Shown here piece after piece: positions 59,703 to 64,000 of a DNA stretch of 64,000 nt. A program made the translations under genes and the position numbers. Source of the DNA: Candidatus Zhuqueibacterota bacterium (GTDB lineage Bacteria > Zhuqueibacterota > Zhuqueibacteria > Residuimicrobiales > Oceaniaggregativiventaceae); assembly GCA_014728085.1 (NCBI GenBank), contig WJMF01000164.1, positions 1,418 to 65,417 on the forward strand, in the 5' to 3' direction. Under the pieces are notes generated by a model. The model was not told where the DNA came from, did not search any database, and was given only the letters and a program-made list of their open reading frames with translations. Position 1 is the first letter of the stretch, and each line of letters opens with the position of its first letter.

Positions 59703-60839
59703 ATGACACGAACACTATTCACTTCAGAATCGGTTACCGAAGGTCATCCGGACAAAATCGCGGATCAGGTTTCCGATGCAGTGCTGGATGCGGTAATGAA
59801 GGATGATCCCCGCGGACGGGTTGCATGTGAAACATTTGTTACCACCGGCCTTTGTCTTGTCGGAGGGGAAATAACGACCGAAACGTATGTCGACATACCC
59901 CGGCTGGTACGAAAAACCATACAATCGATAGGGTACACCAATCCAAGTTTTGGTTTTGATTATGAAAATTGCGCTGTCCTGACCACAATAGACCAGCAGT
60001 CGCCGGATATTGCCATGGGGGTGGATCGTTTGGGAGCAGGCGATCAGGGAATGATGTTTGGATTTGCGATTGATGAGACGCCGGAGTTAATGCCTTTACC
60101 CATATCTCTCGCTCACAAATTAACTCAAAAGCTGGCCATGGTCAGAAAACAGGGAATTTTACCTTATTTGCGGCCGGATGGCAAGTCTCAGGTTACTATT
60201 GAGTATCAGGATGACAAACCCCATTCCATTCATACGGTGGTTATTTCTACTCAACATGATCCTGATATCAGCATAAAGCAAATCAAAGAAGATGTTACAG
60301 AAAATGTTATTGACCCGGTGTTGCCAAAAGAGCTTATACAGGGAGAGGGTCCCATTATCCATATCAATCCGACCGGTCGTTTTGTTATTGGAGGGCCTCA
60401 GGGAGATGCCGGTTTGACCGGCCGTAAAATTATTGTCGATACTTATGGTGGATATTCCCGTCACGGTGGCGGCGCATTTTCCGGTAAGGATCCGACCAAA
60501 GTGGATCGTTCTGCTACATATGCTGCCCGGTATATCGCCAAAAATGTCGTTGCGGCGGAACTTGCAAAAAAAGTTGAAATTCAATTGGCCTATGCTATCG
60601 GTGTTGCTGAACCTGTTTCCATTTATGTCGATACGTTCGGTACCGGTCAAATCGACGACGAAGAGATTGCCAAGCTTATACGCAAAAATTTTGATTTGAC
60701 GCCTGATGGAATCATCAGCGCTCTGGATCTGCGCCGGCCGATCTATCTCAAGACCGCAGCTTACGGACATTTTGGACGTACAGATGTTGATTTTCCATGG
60801 GAACGAACCAATAAAGTGGCTGAATTACAAAAAGGATAA
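59703..60839 (+). CDS. metK: S-adenosylmethionine synthetase
   Basis: [28 protein letters not shown]. Confidence 0.98.
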   Translation: MTRTLFTSESVTEGHPDKIADQVSDAVLDAVMKDDPRGRVACETFVTTGLCLVGGEITTETYVDIPRLVRKTIQSIGYTNPSFGFDYENCAVLTTIDQQSPDIAMGVDRLGAGDQGMMFGFAIDETPELMPLPISLAHKLTQKLAMVRKQGILPYLRPDGKSQVTIEYQDDKPHSIHTVVISTQHDPDISIKQIKEDVTENVIDPVLPKELIQGEGPIIHINPTGRFVIGGPQGDAGLTGRKIIVDTYGGYSRHGGGAFSGKDPTKVDRSATYAARYIAKNVVAAELAKKVEIQLAYAIGVAEPVSIYVDTFGTGQIDDEEIAKLIRKNFDLTPDGIISALDLRRPIYLKTAAYGHFGRTDVDFPWERTNKVAELQKG

Positions 60840-60842
60840 TAA

Positions 60843-62111
<1,269 letters not shown>

Positions 62112-62311
62112 TCTTTGATGTCTCGCCAGATGGGAGGCCACAGCAAAACGGACTCTTTTCAGCTATATCGGCGATTATTTGAATGGTTTCACGATGAAAC
62201 AAATAAATTTGTCTTTGATGTAAGCAAAACCGGCATTCGGACCGATCCCAAGGTTCGGTGTCGGGGATGCAGAGAGGGCCGTGGTTTATTTTTCGGATTA
62301 ATCTGACAAAG

Positions 62312-63589
62312 TTGAAAAAAAATCGTTTCTTTTGTTTGGTGCTTGTCGGACAATTTCTTGTCTTCGGCATATCCGAATTGTGGGGACAAAACGGGATGAG
62401 CATTGCTCGCGGTTTTGCACTGAGCGGTGCTTACAGCAACATGGCGATGGGAGCGGATGCCCCCTTTTATAACCCTGCAAATCTATCCTATAACCCCTAT
62501 TATGACTTTAGCATCAATCTGATCGGGATTGGATTCGAAACAGCGAATAATGCATTTAATTTAAATCAATATAAACGCTATAACGGCAACTATCTCGATG
62601 AAGCGTCAAAGCAAGATTTGCTAACCTCAATTCCGGATGGCCGCCTTTTTGTTATATCAGCCGGCGAAGCACAACTATTCAGCGCGCATTACAAATCATA
62701 TGCTTTTTCGATTTCGATGATCGGCGACGGCCGTGGGAATGTTGCCAGAGAGGTTTTCGAGCTGGCGCTGTGGGGAAATGAACTGGATCGTCTGTATCGG
62801 TTTTCCCCTATGCTGGGTCAGTCTTCGATGGCGGTTAAAGTCGGATTCTCCGGCGGGCAAACCCTTTTGCGGTCAAAAAAGTGGATTAGACATTTAGGCT
62901 TGGGTTTCGGTCTCTATTATCTGAGGGGAATGGCTTTTTTTGATATCAATCAATCACAAGTCTATTCACTCACCCGTTTTTCAAATGCTGATGCCTTTGG
63001 ACATTTAATTTCCGACAGCGCTGAAGGCGGGAACGGCATGACCTTTAACATCGGCTCCACATTAGAATTTACCGATTGCTGGCGGGTCGGCATCGGCGTG
63101 CAGGATGTTTTTTCATTTTTACATTGGAATCACGGATTGGAACAGTTACAGGCAAATTTTAAACTCTATGACGGTTTTGCAGATAATCTTTTGACCGAAC
63201 AGGGGGATTTTGATTCTCTTTTGGTCACTTCTGACACGACCCTGGCGCTTTCCTCGTTCACACAGGTATTGCCAAGGCGGTTGTTTATCGGCGTTGTCCA
63301 CGCCCACAAATGGATTTCTATTGCTCTCGAGTTCAACTATCATTATCATCGACTGGAGTATCTTCGATCTAACCGGGTGGCTATGGGATTTGAATTTCAT
63401 CCGAGTCAAATGATCAAGATCCGTTCCGGCATAAATTATGACGATCGCATCGGCGTTTCTTTATCAGCCGGCCTTGGAATCATATGGGGAGCGTTCCGGT
63501 GGGATTGGGGTATTCGCTTGAACAACGGCATGACAACGCCGCATATTCGTGGTATTGGGGCGGCAACTTCGTTCTCGTTGCATTATTAA
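62312..63589 (+). CDS. outer-membrane beta-barrel protein (DUF5723/FadL-like)
   Basis: signal peptide from TTG 62312; ARGFALSGAY...FYNPANL; alternating beta strands; aromatic C-terminus. Confidence 0.6.
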   Translation: MKKNRFFCLVLVGQFLVFGISELWGQNGMSIARGFALSGAYSNMAMGADAPFYNPANLSYNPYYDFSINLIGIGFETANNAFNLNQYKRYNGNYLDEASKQDLLTSIPDGRLFVISAGEAQLFSAHYKSYAFSISMIGDGRGNVAREVFELALWGNELDRLYRFSPMLGQSSMAVKVGFSGGQTLLRSKKWIRHLGLGFGLYYLRGMAFFDINQSQVYSLTRFSNADAFGHLISDSAEGGNGMTFNIGSTLEFTDCWRVGIGVQDVFSFLHWNHGLEQLQANFKLYDGFADNLLTEQGDFDSLLVTSDTTLALSSFTQVLPRRLFIGVVHAHKWISIALEFNYHYHRLEYLRSNRVAMGFEFHPSQMIKIRSGINYDDRIGVSLSAGLGIIWGAFRWDWGIRLNNGMTTPHIRGIGAATSFSLHY

Positions 63590-63613
63590 TCGGAATTATA
63601 TAACAGGGAATGT

Positions 63614-63645
63614 ACAAGGCCGTCGCATTCCACGGCGGCCTTTGT
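63614..63645. terminator. intrinsic terminator between convergent genes
   Basis: ACAAGGCCGTCG-CATTCCA-CGGCGGCCTTTGT. Confidence 0.7.
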
Positions 63646-63651
63646 GAATGC

Positions 63652-64000
63652 TCAATCTTTGTTTACCATATATTCATACCTTTTGATAAATTGATCAGAT
63701 GTGAGGTGGGCATAATCCGCCATTTTTTTCAGGAATTTCGTTTCTTTTAAATCTCTTTCTTCCAGGCGAACCATGTAACTTTTGGCGACTTTATAGTAAT
63801 CGCTTTCAATATTAACATAGCGAACCGATGTCTTTTTTGTTTTCGGGTCCAGAATATCCTTGAATTTGAGCGGCATGACTTTACCATTATCGACACAAAT
63901 CATGGCATTGTCCTGAAAGTCCGGAGCGTCGTTTAGAAGATAATTCACTGCATGGTAGCCGAGGTCACGGGTGTATTCCTGATCGAATGGAATGGGATCC
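63652..64000 (-). CDS. C-terminal part of a PPi-dependent phosphofructokinase (runs off the window)
   Basis: frame open to the edge: DPIPFDQEYTRDLGYHAV...DILDPKTKKTSVRYVN...YMVRL. Confidence 0.75.
   Translation of the reverse strand, partial: DPIPFDQEYTRDLGYHAVNYLLNDAPDFQDNAMICVDNGKVMPLKFKDILDPKTKKTSVRYVNIESDYYKVAKSYMVRLEERDLKETKFLKKMADYAHLTSDQFIKRYEYMVNKD

Noticed and set aside
62115-62306. 63-aa ORF after ahcY
   Set aside because: No RBS or recognisable motif, and it overlaps the leader of the next gene

Overview
Gene-dense, mostly housekeeping chromosomal window from a diderm bacterium. LPS genes, a T9SS/FlgD-type C-terminal domain, a YfhO/TPR/DUF4292 neighbourhood and sigma70-like TTGAnn-N17-TAnnnT promoters suggest an FCB-group lineage such as KSB1 or Calditrichota (inference). 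In order it contains: a TPR lipoprotein plus surface-glycosylation locus (GT2, 2x GT4, methyltransferase, flippase, 2x YfhO GT-C); an orphan histidine kinase; LPS core and lipid A genes; a regulatory block; lpxK/lpxB/gnnA-like genes; a homoaconitase-like pair; hemW-lepB-ABC-lepA; tricorn and DPP-IV peptidases; a TonB-receptor/lipoprotein/secreted-protein cluster; ppiD; PTS IIC/IID-HPr-EI; metK-ahcY; and a partial PPi-dependent phosphofructokinase. I saw no rRNA, tRNA, CRISPR or IS element. The best candidate for an undescribed system is 21.5-28.0 kb. There an NtrC-type activator is followed by a perfect 14-bp palindrome and a canonical sigma54 -24/-12 promoter. That promoter drives a highly atypical ECF-sigma-like gene and a soluble zinc-binding anti-sigma-like gene, followed by two REC-DUF4388 proteins, one with a degenerate small-GTPase-like tail. 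A second candidate is a possible protein O-glycosylation locus at 0.4-14 kb. All family calls come from motif recognition by eye, not database searches.
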